DNA from: Catajapyx aquilonaris
Lineage: Eukaryota
Length of the DNA stretch: 34,718 nt
Direction: 5' to 3'
Assembly: GCA_000934665.2 (NCBI GenBank)
Contig: KZ539066.1
Coordinates: 1 to 34,718, forward strand
A model generated the notes under the pieces. That model worked only from the letters and a program-made list of their open reading frames with translations, had not been told where the DNA came from and ran no database searches. The translations under genes were made by a program, and so were the position numbers. Below, piece by piece: positions 23,708-33,841 of the stretch. The first letter of the stretch is position 1. The number at the start of each line of letters is the position of its first letter.

Positions 23708-24672
23708 CCCCTTGAGCCCCAGCTGCCTAGAATCTAGGCGCTGAGAACTTGACCTCCAGGTACCAGCTATACCCGCCACCGCCTAGTTTTCCGCTTACTT
23801 GTGCGCTGAAGATACGAATGAGATATTTTACAAATAATAACAGCTATACTTACCCGTTCAGGGAAAACATTATGAATGAGTTGAAAACAATTTCCCTCCC
23901 ATAGAAGTCCCTAAATTAATTTCCAAAAAAATCACTGTAGAAACCCGAAATCTGAGTACTGCCGGCCAACTGTTAGCTGATTTAATTATGTAATATGTTA
24001 AAATATACGGAATAACAATTTTGAGAATGGTGCCAAATGGATTAGCTGAAATCATCGTACTTTTCGAGAAACGAGTAAATTTGGGCGTAATCCGAAGTGA
24101 CAGGCAAGTCACAGAAAAGTATTAATTTATTTCTGGGAAAGTACAACGATTTCAACAAAGTCTTCTGGCATGGTTCTCAAGATTGTTATTCCATATATTT
24201 TAACATATTTCATAATTAAATCACCCTAACAGTTGACCAGTGGTACTCGGATTTTCATATTTTACGGATATCTTTTTGGAAATTAATTTACGGACTTTTA
24301 GCCAAGGATAATTGTTTCCAATACATACATTGTGTTTTGCATGAACGGTAAGTATAGCTGTTACTATTTGTAAAATATCTTGCCCTTACCTTCAGAGTAC
24401 TTGTATTGTAAGTTGAACAGGAGAGAAAATCTAGGCGGAAATATAGCGGGTATACTGTGTGGCTATCTTTTTCGAAATTAATTTACGGACTTGTATGCGA
24501 GTAAAATTGTGTAGGCCATGAATGTAAAAGTATAGCTATTCTTATTTGTAAAATACCTTGTCCTTATTTGCAAGTGGAACGGAAGCGAAAAGAATCTAGG
24601 CAATGGAGGTATAGCTGGTACCTGGCGGTCGAGTTCTCAACGCCTAGATTCTAGGCGCTGGGGATCAAGGGG
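23708..24672. mobile_element. piggyBac-like MITE with long TIRs
   Basis: TTAA TSD; termini CCCCTTGA(G/T)CCCCAGC...CCTAGAATCTAGGCG; internal inverted similarity. Confidence 0.88.
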
Positions 24673-24839
24673 TTAAAAATAATAATAATGTGTGATCTCT
24701 ATTTTCCCAAAATGCTCCAAAACTTGACAGACTTGGGTGGCCTCCAGAGTCCAGACTAGTCAATGAACCCTGTAGGAAGACTGACAGGTCTTGTCCAATG
24801 GACAAAGTGAAAAAATGCATGCATCTAGAAGCACAACAA

Positions 24840-25071
24840 CAGTGCTTCCCAATTTCTTTCGTTGGCGACCCAAAAAAATCGTCTTGTAAGATTTGCAACC
24901 CCCTATATGTGCACATTTCGATCCGCCAACATGAAAATACGGGTAAACAGTGAAATGACCTTACCTTATGGTCATGATTTTCAAGAAAGATAGCATCATT
25001 TTGTAAAAATAATTTGTTACCCTCCCTCACGACCCCAAATGGGGTCGCGACCCACAATTTGGGAAGCACTG
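24840..25071. mobile_element. hAT (Charlie/Buster-like) MITE
   Basis: TIR CAGTGCTTCCCAA; TSD CACAACAA / CACTACAA; GGGTCGCGACCC subterminal palindrome. Confidence 0.87.
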
Positions 25072-25839
25072 CACTACAACTTTAGTGACAGTAGCCTGAA
25101 TTGAGGATTCATTTGCTGCCTGGAGCTGATTGAGACCCTGTACGGAGCAGAAACCTGTGTATTATGTATCTTTTGTTCAGTCCTGTCATTTCAATGCATG
25201 TCTGGTGCACGAATTGGTATCCTCTTCAATATGGAAAATTATGACTCTGGCTCTCTGCTCTGCGCATGTTTTGGTGTATGCCTCGCCTATCATGTAATAT
25301 TGTTCTCTTACGAGTGAAACACACGAAGACCAAAAAGCCAATTTCGAGATAATTGAAGGCAAATATTAGACCTTGCACTTGTTTACTTGCTAGTGAATAC
25401 AGAAAATTCTGACTTGATGGCTCATTATGAATCTTCAGGCCTAAATGGACTTCACCAAGTGATAGAGCAGATAAATGCTACTTACAAGTGGTGTAAATTA
25501 CTCAAAACCACCAAAAATGGACTTAGAAGTTATACTGTGTTTAACTTGTATGAAATTGGGAGTTGTTGTTATTGGTTCATATTGGGGTCAGGCATTCTAA
25601 GAGCCTTACTGCATCAGAGATTCAGAGTAATCAGGGTCAAGAAAGCAAGACAGCTCCAATAGCATAAGGGGATGATACTTACGGATAGTGAGAGGTAGTT
25701 TCAATGATGGCCTAGCCACGTTGAGAAGTATGTGAACTAGATACAGAACAGCCTCTGCGTCATTCACCCAACGACTGAACCAATGTTGAATCTAGAGGAT
25801 TTCACATCCCTGCATGCTAGGTTTATACGGTACATGGTA

Positions 25840-26269
25840 CAGGGTGAAGGGAACCTCACGGACAATCGCCAGGTAAACTTATATTACTCGCAAAACTAAT
25901 ATAGGGATGTGCAATTAGTTTTGGCTCCGTTGCGTTAATACGTACGGCACCTTTCAAGTGTAGAAGGCCGGGTGGCAAAATATGAAGTAAAAACAACAAA
26001 GTGTCGTACCCGGATTCTTACTCTGATGGGATTTTATCACCTATTGCACATGGACGATGTGTTAGGGGACCAAGGCAAGGGACCGGAGGCCGTCGAACTG
26101 ACTTTTTCTTCTTAGAAGGTGGCGGAACGGATGTGACGTCACGTAACTTTGACGGCACCGTACACATTAACTATGCAACGGAGCCCAAAACTAATTGCAC
26201 ATCCCTCTATTAGTTTTTCGAGTACTGTCAGACTACCTGGCGACTGTCCGCGAGTTTCCCTTCACCCTG
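25840..26269. mobile_element. Mariner-like MITE family M, copy 2 (opposite orientation)
   Basis: TA TSD; TIR CAGGGTGAAGGGAA; internal homology to 12525-12949. Confidence 0.9.
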
Positions 26270-26821
26270 TACTTTTCAGGAGATACTTCTAAGCTGGATT
26301 CACAGACCAGTCATTCCAGAACTGATGATGTACAGTAGTTGTAATGTCTGTCCATCCAACTTATTTGTTCACATGAGGCCAACAATGCTGATAGTAGGAA
26401 GGTGACACTGGTACCTCACACCCGACGCACACCCTTCCCCTCCCATCACCTTTGTGGCAAGGAGGGTATGCCTTTCATTGCCTCATGGTGCAGTGTAGAG
26501 ATCTCTATTCAACTTTAAATGTTGGGTAGGTTTGCCTGAGGTGCTGACAAGGGAGGTGGGAGAAAAGTAGATTGGTGGCTCGTCATTCAAATAAGGCCAT
26601 CGTGACTACTGCACCTCATGAACGCATCATGTGTGAACCCATCTTTTTAAATGCACTTCTTTGTCACACATTATAATGAATGGGAGGCAGAGTATAGTTT
26701 TAGTTTCCACAAATACTGGGGCAGGATTCAATAACAGGAGCAAAAATGACATGTGGCACAAGATAATTTATTGTAAATGGTTACCGTACTATTTGCTATC
26801 AACAACTTGCATCACAGGTCT

Positions 26822-26824
<3 letters not shown>

Positions 26825-26855
<31 letters not shown>

Positions 26856-27104
26856 GATACCCCGTGATAGGCCTTGGGCCTCTTAGGGGATCTTCTTTTC
26901 GTGAACCGACTTTAATCATTGCCTGCGTGTGATGGATTTTGATTGCGGGAGGAAACGGGATAACCCCGAGAAAACCCACGCGAACACGGAGAGAACCCAT
27001 CGAAACTCTATCCACATTAGTATCCTCCGTCTGATCCGGGGATCGAACTCGGGACCTTAGAGGTGGAAGGCTGTGGCGCTAACCACTCCGCCACCGAGTC
27101 GCCC
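26825..27104 (-). mobile_element. tRNA-derived SINE, family D, full length
   Basis: A box TGGCGGAGTGG, B box GAGTTCGATCC, (TTA)n tail, perfect 13 bp TSD TCACAGGTCTTAT. Confidence 0.92.
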
Positions 27105-27658
27105 TCACAGGTCTTATTTACACCCTTCATTATATCCATGCCATGCAGGGCAGTGTAATTTGGATGTGTTTGATGATGTCATGGTCACAGGTCAGTTGAG
27201 GTTCCATTTCAATTCACTGCTCCTATGATGTAAGGGCCGCAATTGTGGAAAATGACGACAAGATTTTTTTATTGAACCAAAATTAAGATTCCCACAAAAT
27301 ATTTTTGTCCCCTTTAATAGAACAAATATGGTGCCAGTTTCACTGCATGACATTATAGTCACACAAACTTACAAGCAGAAAGAGGATATGGCAAGGTAGC
27401 CCCTAATCTGTGTATTTGATGTGTCCATTCAGAAAGTTTATTTGACTTTCCAATAAGTGAATTTTCCCTTTATGTGTATTACAATGTGCATATGTAATCA
27501 AGTGTGCTGGAAAAGTGGGAGCTGTAAATTCCCTACATTAATTGGATTCAGGAATTCACTACAGGTTCACATGTGTACCTTTTATTATCATCTTAGGATG
27601 TAGGCATTTAAATACACCATAAATATGAACGAATTTGGATGTAGCATGTTGTCCAAGT

Positions 27659-27871
27659 CTACTCTAAGTCTTCTAGTGATGAAAGTACATCTTCTTTGGG
27701 GATTATGGGTTTTGGTCTGCTTCGGAAAGATAGCTTTTTTTTTATAACTGCCTTGACTTCATACTTCATATTTATTTTATCCTGCACCTTTTCTAGCACA
27801 GCTATGGGCTTGTCCAATGCAATCACTTTTCCAATGAGGATGTGTTGAGCCACGATGCAATATGGGACACC
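27659..27871 (-). CDS. CHTF8: CTF8 last exon
   Basis: tttcAG acceptor; [15 protein letters not shown]...RPKPII; stop TAG. Confidence 0.93.
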   Translation of the reverse strand, partial: [70 protein letters not shown]

Positions 27872-30835
27872 CTGAAATTTAGAATATATGTTGAAGGTTG
27901 TACAAATACAGATATAATTATGATCTATTTAGTGACCTGTGCAATGAGTTACATATTATAGAGCACTCAGAAATAATGTGAGAATAAATTAACATTTTAA
28001 TGTGAGCATATAATTATTATGTACCTAAAACAGGATATACCAGGTTCAGTCAAATAAAATGAAGGCAGTGAACTGTACATGGAGTATGGAGATACAGTTT
28101 GTTCAGCAAAAGTATGCCATGACGTCACGTTCTCTAACAATTAATGACCCCCAGGCACAATTCCCATCAGTGTGAGTCGCCAGGCAACCTGAGAGTAATT
28201 CATCATTAGAGAGAATGATGTCGCGGCATTCTTTCCCTGGTCAAACTATAGTTTAAAGTCCAGGGCCAAAAAAGGTAAAATTTCCAGATAGCTGGGAAAG
28301 CACACTTGAGTAAACCATGCATTCCAAGTCATCATAACTTTTCTTCTCGTTCCTCCACCTGATCCACCTACTCCATCTGATATGCAGGTGTGTGTCACAC
28401 ATCCTTATGGCCGCAGGCCTAGAATGGGGACTTCTATAGGGTAGTCACAAGATACCGGTTTTCCCCTTTGGGAAAACCGGTATCTTGTGACAACCCTATA
28501 GAAGTATAGAGTGATCTCATTGAAGCAGTGAAGCACCAAATGACCATGTGTGCTCTAACAGGCTGCGCATAGCCTACAGAGTGTATTAACAGCCAGTTTA
28601 GCTGGCACAGTGCAGGAAACAGTGTCAGTAATGGGCCAGCAATGAGAGCAATGGAAATGGTTTGAGCACATAGGCATTTGGATGCTTGTTATTATTCAAA
28701 ATGATTGTGCTGCCTTTGAATGGATTGGGCATAATGCCATGGCTGCTTCTACACCTGAGTGAAAGGTCCTATGCTTACACCCCCAGGAGCCCCCAACTTG
28801 ACTTCATGTGTGTGATGTCTCGGCTCTCTGCCTTTCTCTATGGATTCCCCTTCTACAATAATGTGAACCAAAGGTCCATGGGTAGATGAATGTTCTAAAG
28901 TTTGCAGCACATCTTTTCCTGGATTTCTTTGTAAACATGTATGGATATAGTTCACTTGTTAATTTTGTTTGACTGAACCTTGTAAAATAACTACTTGTAT
29001 GATGCAGATGTCAAATTCTACTCAAATCAATCCTTGTGTCACATGCTTATAGAACGGTGCAACCTTCTTTGCTTACTTTCTTAGTGTAGTGAAGGTCCCC
29101 TAGGAAATGGCCTGCCAAGACATTGTTGCCATCTCCAGATTTCAATGAGGACTCGAGTTCCCCTTGGATTTCAATCATGGTCCATTCTTGATTAGATGCA
29201 CAACTATGGGAGAATTTTTTTAAAAAAGAAGCATTACATGGAACCTGAGTATACACAGCCATTTTGATTGTTGAAGAACCATGAGAAAATCCACATGAAC
29301 ACCAAGAGATCCCATTGAAACTCTTTCCACATGAAATATTTCTCTCTCAGATTCGGGGATGCAGCATTAGAGGTGGAAGACTGCGGTAATTAACCACTTA
29401 CCCATCATACTGCCCTGCAACAGTGTCAGTGTTTACTGCTCACCTTTATGCTTCACATGACCCTTTAATTATGCCATCTACATTTGCTTTTAACAACAGT
29501 GTCAGTAACTCGGACCTGTTAGCAAGCACACTTTTCACAAACCATAGTCAGGTAAAGGACACTAAACAGATTTGCTATGTTGCTGTAGTTGTATGTCTTC
29601 TGTAAGTCTGTTGCAAAAGCATATTGTGCATAGTCCTGATATAACATCCACCAAGACTGATGAACAAAGAATGGATTTCCAGGTTTTTACCTACTTTTTA
29701 TTTTGTAGGCAGATCACCGGAACCAAAATATCTATCTGTTTCATAACACAAGGACCTCAAAAATCGTACGTTTATAAAACCTAAAATTGCCTATTTCGGA
29801 CGTTGGGACTTTGGTCTATTAGCGCCTATTTTCACCTATTGACGCCTTTTTGACGCAATTCGTAATATTTTCAGCAGTTTTTGTGTCTTACATTCAAGTC
29901 ATCCCTCCCACTTCAACCTGTGAATAGCGAAGAAGCTGTAGGCTATGAACATGCCGGATGAACTGGCTGTCAAATGCATTTAACCCTTAACTACGTAGGT
30001 GGGTGAAACACCTTTAACTACGTAGGTGGAGCCTGAGAGGCTCCAACAGTATATTTAAATTTCTGCTTATCAACTAAATTGTTATATTGGACTTTTCACA
30101 TACAGAAAGTGCAGTTCAGATCATTAGGCTTCCGAAAACGTAAAAATCACACGCTGAGTCAGCATATTCCGACAGGGAAAATTTTTTAATTAAAAGGTTA
30201 CATCATGTGTTTGAGCCGCTCAGGCTTCACCTGAGATATAGAGCCTGAGCGGTTCCAGGAGGGACCTGTTCCTCGTTACGAATTTTTTTAAACCAAAGAA
30301 TAGGGACAAAAAAAAAATCCTTTCCGTTTCATGTTTAGGAAGGTTTTTCTGACAAAGTCACGGAAGGACAGGGGAAAATAAAATTCAATGAAAAAGTTAC
30401 ATGCTTTTAAATAGTGCTTGGAGCCTCTCAGGCTCCACCTACGTAGTTAAGGGTTAACTTTTCAAGAATGAGCTAGTTGCTTTGTGTGACGTTGAAAGGT
30501 CATTTTCAGTGCATAAAGTTGTACTGTCACACAGGTATTGCCAACAAATCATAATAATAAAAACTAAAAGATGGAACAACTGCTAATCTGTTACTGTGTT
30601 GCAAAACTGCATGGCCAAGAGTAGGCTGTAAGGGGCTTGATTTTTAGTGCCTATTTTTTACTGTTTTCATGACCTAAATGCCTACCATCTTTGCTGTGAT
30701 AAGGACGACAATAATAATCCAGCAGTTAACACACTAGCAGGCACTATACAACTCCTCTGTGTACTCCCCCATGACTTTGGTACCACACTACTACTCCTCA
30801 GGACTACCTATTTACCTTACAATCTTGATTTCCAT
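27659..30835 (-). CDS. CHTF8: Chromosome transmission fidelity protein 8 (Ctf18-RFC subunit); exons 30835-30816, 29203-29077, 27871-27659
   Basis: GT-AG introns, phases 2 and 0, 360 nt = 119 aa: MEIKIVSCASNQEWTMIEIQGELES...[42 protein letters not shown]...[21 protein letters not shown]. Matches Ctf8 motifs EWxxxELQG, LGDLHY, HILxGK, KP(F/I)AVL and FxxRPKPII. Confidence 0.93.
28095..28248. mobile_element. Degenerate TA-flanked MITE
   Basis: Imperfect TIR CAGTTTGTTCAGCAAAAGTATGCC / GGCATTCTTTCCCTGGTCAAACTA. Confidence 0.55.
28430..28505. repeat. 76 bp near-perfect palindrome
   Basis: 36 bp arms with one mismatch and a 4 nt loop (CTTT). Confidence 0.9.
29077..29203 (-). CDS. CHTF8: CTF8 exon 2
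   Basis: cccatAG acceptor, AAA|gtaagc donor; QEWTMIEIQGE...LGDLHYT. Confidence 0.93.
29245..29417 (-). mobile_element. Degenerate SINE family D copy
   Basis: Similar to 26935-27104 (GAGAAAA.CCAC..GAACAC...GAAACTCT.TCCACAT...TTAGAGGTGGAAG). Confidence 0.7.
29750..30697 (+). mobile_element. Deleted hAT-like element with transposase C-terminal remnant, interrupted by a piggyBac MITE
   Basis: CDVERSFSVHKVVLSHR at 30485-30535 resembles the hAT dimerisation motif (SxDVERSFS); GCCTATTT subterminal repeats at both ends; boundaries approximate. Confidence 0.6.
29984..30453. mobile_element. piggyBac-like MITE
   Basis: TTAA TSD; TIR CCCTTAACTACGTAGGTGG; internal GAGCCTGAG repeats. Confidence 0.9.
30816..30835 (-). 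CDS. CHTF8: CTF8 first coding exon (MEIKIVS)
   Basis: ATG...GTAAG|gtaaat, 20 nt, phase 2 fits the next acceptor; lies just downstream of a CpG-rich region. Confidence 0.8.
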
Positions 30836-30839
30836 ATGA

Positions 30840-31250
30840 AAGCTAATGCTATGAAATAAAATGTGAAGTTTCGTTGTTCTCGCAGCTTCCTCCCGCCTTC
30901 TCCTGACTCCCGACGCGCCCCATAAAACTTGTGGTATATATCTGAACTAAATCTTGGATTTACACATTGCTTTCTAATGCAAACAATAATGTTACAAGCT
31001 AAACCCACAGTAATTTTTTTTAAAAATGAGTGATGTGGTGTTTTTGACAAAATAATGACGAGAAAATGTGACGGCGGCCACCGGCCACGCATGATACTGT
31101 GGGTAAGTGGCGCCGTTCGGCCGTTGCGGGCATGATCGCATTCTGAAGGAAACATGTGTAATTCTTGCCCCGCTTTGCCAGTTTGCCGGTCTTGGCGAGC
31201 ACGTGTGTGACTTTGTGGTTGGAGCAGCGGCTTTGTGGTGCGGTGTTGAT
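30840..31250. promoter_or_regulatory. CpG-rich promoter region of CTF8
   Basis: Local CpG enrichment (cgacgcgcc, cggcggccaccggccacgc, cgccgttcggccg) directly upstream of the CTF8 ATG in otherwise CpG-poor DNA. Confidence 0.6.
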
Positions 31251-31951
31251 AGACTGGGCAGCTAAAGAGGAGGGAAGTTGAGGGGAGTAATAATCACAAG
31301 CCAAGGGGGTTCTGAGCGATTAGGTTTCTATTAGGCATGGATATACAATAAGTGCTTGCTGGTGGAGGGACAGGGCTGGAAGGATCTGGATGATGTCTGT
31401 CTGGTTAGGTGGAGAGGATGAAGTAGAGTGGAGATCACGGACTAGTGGTGGAGATAGACCAGGTGTGCTTGGGTGATCCACCATCTTCAATGGCTTGTCA
31501 CAAGGGGGTAACCACTTTGTGGAGCCAGGTGGAACCACCCAGTTCCAGGAACTGGTGAAATTGACAAGAATATGAATTTGCACAGTGGTATTTGAGAAAT
31601 TTCTGAAGTTATGGACGGATCACTGCTTTCCCATTGTAACCACTATTTGACCAAGAACTAAGTTCATTGGTCATATTACATGACAATGAGCTCATGAGGA
31701 ATTTGATGTAAGCTAAATGAATTTTTCTCAGTGGTTCCCACCATGGTGTATAATGAAAGTGGCTTTTAATTGTCAGGTTGCCTGAGCCAGGAAGAAGGGT
31801 GAGAGCTACAAAGAACACAAGATGATGTGTCAGAGAGTGCTTCTGATTCCAAAACGTAGATATGGAGAATTACTGTTGTGTCTTTAATGTCACCCAGTGT
31901 TGCATGGTATGTACAAAAGATTTTTCTGCCACTTGCTTTACACGAAACCTG

Positions 31952-32296
31952 AGGGGAGGCGAAGTGGCGCAACGGTAACGTTCGCGCCCACGGATGTTAA
32001 GGTCCCGGGTTCGATCCCGGCCCGGGGACACCCCCTTCATCTCGTGCAGAGTAAAGTGTCGTCTCTGACTTCGTCTCGGGTGGAATCTCCACAGACTAAT
32101 CCACCTGGGGGAGCTCACAAAACGACCACATGCGGACAAGGCACTGCACTTGCACATCCCCTCCTGTCATCCCTTCCTGCCCGTGGGCCCGGGCGCTGTA
32201 TAAATAGGATTCCAATGTAGTTGACGATTAATAAAGGCCCGGAAAGACCCCTATAGGGGTACACCTATACCCAATTATTTATTATTATTATTATTA
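31952..32296 (+). mobile_element. tRNA-derived SINE, family A, full length
   Basis: A box TGGCGCAACGG, B box GGTTCGATCCC, (TTA)n tail, TSD TTACA(C/T)GAAACCTG. Confidence 0.92.
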
Positions 32297-32672
32297 TTAC
32301 ATGAAACCTGGAATTTGTTTGCATTCTAGCATGTCATCTATTTTGCACCCATGAATGCAAGGGAGGTGATAGCTGTGGAAGGATGCATGAGCTGGAGAAT
32401 CACCTGCCACCTTCCACGATGAGGAATATGTTTGGTGTCTAAAACAACTCAAGTCATGTGGCTTACTTTTATGAGCCCTCTTTCAGAACAGAATTGAAAT
32501 ACTGCTGGCAACTGGTTGGCAAGCATTACAGGTTCATTATTATTAAATGTTATTTTCACAGTTCTAGGGTCCTCAGGGAACTAGGTAATAGCTGCTGTTA
32601 CAACTTACACTTTACAACTTTTGCCATAACTTTCATGATGTGCTTGATGTAACCCTTGCCTAATCAAGATGG

Positions 32673-33841
32673 TTAATTTATTGTGAGATTGGGTGAGTCA
32701 TGTATGGATAGAACATGGACACGTTCTTGTTGGTTTTTAAAGTGGTTCTCAGATTCATATGGCTCCAATTGGTGACCTGGCTTTGTGACCAGCCATCCAA
32801 CAACACCTGCAAAGAGGGAATTGCCTAGTGTTAACACTGATAGTTTGATATTTTGAGATATTTGAGTTGTACAGTAATTCATTCTAATACTTGCCAGAAC
32901 TGGTTTTGGGAAGGCTTAGAGACAGCTCACAATTGCCATTGGATGTTGCCTTGTAATGGTTGGTAGAACCACCCTGCAGGAGAGTAAAGCATCATCATTT
33001 CCATGGCCAGGGGCATGGTAAAGTTTGTACTACCTCAATGACTTGTCTCAAACAGCCCCACTTCCTTTCCCAGCTTGCTGCAGCCTTTCTCTCTGCTGCA
33101 TAAATATCCTTCCTGCCAAGTAGGACCCAAGTTAAGTGGTGTTAGTTGCCTTCATGTAAAGTTTTATTATTACAGGTTGAGAGAGATAATCCTTTACCCA
33201 AAATGCTTGAGACCCAAAGTCTTTCAGATTTTGGAATATTTGCATCTCTAAAATGGGGCTATTTTGGGATTAGACTTTAGCGCTTAGCCTAAACATGATA
33301 TTCATTTACTCTATTTTTCAAATTTTTTTCAGAAATCCTCCAAATCCTCCAAATGACCACTTTATTCTTGCTGCACCATAGACATAGTAATCATGATCAG
33401 AGGATAAGGAAAGCTCAAATTGTTTATTAAATTGTGTATACACGATACAGGGGGAAGCAAGGTTTTTGGACAGGGGAAGGAAATGGGACGGACACAGGGA
33501 GAACCTATTGAAACTCAGTTTATGTGAGAAATGCTTGCCCAACTCAGTTGCAATTCAGTGCCTGAAGGCATGCTTCTATCAAAGTCAAGATCTACAGTGT
33601 GACTGCTTTTGATAATACCTATGGATAAGTTTCCAAAAATAACTCCTTCATAATCTGCTTAGTGCCAAAATTTCTAACCACCCTAAGGGCGAATCAGTTG
33701 AAACCAGTTGAAACACACTGTATACTGTATAGGTATTAAGTACCGGAAAATAGTGGAAACCACTCACCAGAAGTCACTTCTGCCTGAACCATTGGTAGTT
33801 CTGACTGCAGAAATACTTTCTTGGGACTTGTTTATGACCAT
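32673..33841 (-). CDS. Small protein of the LLC1/C20orf85 (CIMIP1-like) family; exons 33841-33768, 33112-33034, 32973-32895, 32806-32673
   Basis: Phases 2,0,1 fit (third intron GC-AG); 366 nt = 121 aa: MVINKSQESISAVRTTNGSGRSDFWKDIYAAERKAAASWERKWGCLRQVIEGGSTNHYKATSNGNCELSLSLPKTSSGVVGWLVTKPGHQLEPYESENHFKNQQERVHVLSIHDSPNLTIN. The WKxxxxAExxAxxxWxxxWG and PxTxxGxxGW...LE motifs match the family as I recall it. Exact start and C-terminus are uncertain. Confidence 0.75.
33173..33310 (+). mobile_element. Tigger/pogo terminal fragment (Tigger4-like)
   Basis: TA-CAGGTTGAG...CCAAAATGCTTGAGACC...GATTTTGGAATATTTGCAT...CTAAACA...ATTCATTTA; no second TIR seen. Confidence 0.6.

Noticed and set aside
26291..26645. 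Weak inverted termini AAGCTGGATTCACA / TGTGAACCCATCTT
   Set aside because: Possibly an old Harbinger MITE but too degenerate to support.
29204..29282. In-frame upstream extension of CTF8 exon 2 (MAVYTQ...) as its start
   Set aside because: It runs through the polypyrimidine tract and a degenerate SINE; the spliced model fits Ctf8 length better.
31020..31304. ORF track entry labelled + (MACDYYSPQ...)
   Set aside because: The translation actually corresponds to the - strand (stop at 31020-31022), so the strand label is inconsistent; no recognisable protein.
31952..32030. tRNA-like sequences here and at ~1420-1500, ~5515-5594, ~16672-16745 and ~27030-27104
   Set aside because: They are heads of SINEs (bodies, tails, TSDs) without a clean cloverleaf, so not tRNA genes.
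33768..33792. ATG GTT CAG (MVQAEVTS) on - resembling the vertebrate CTF8 start MVQI
   Set aside because: It gives phase 1 at the donor, incompatible with CTF8 exon 2 (phase 2). A better first exon exists at 30835-30816, and this exon reads in another frame as part of the CIMIP1-like gene.
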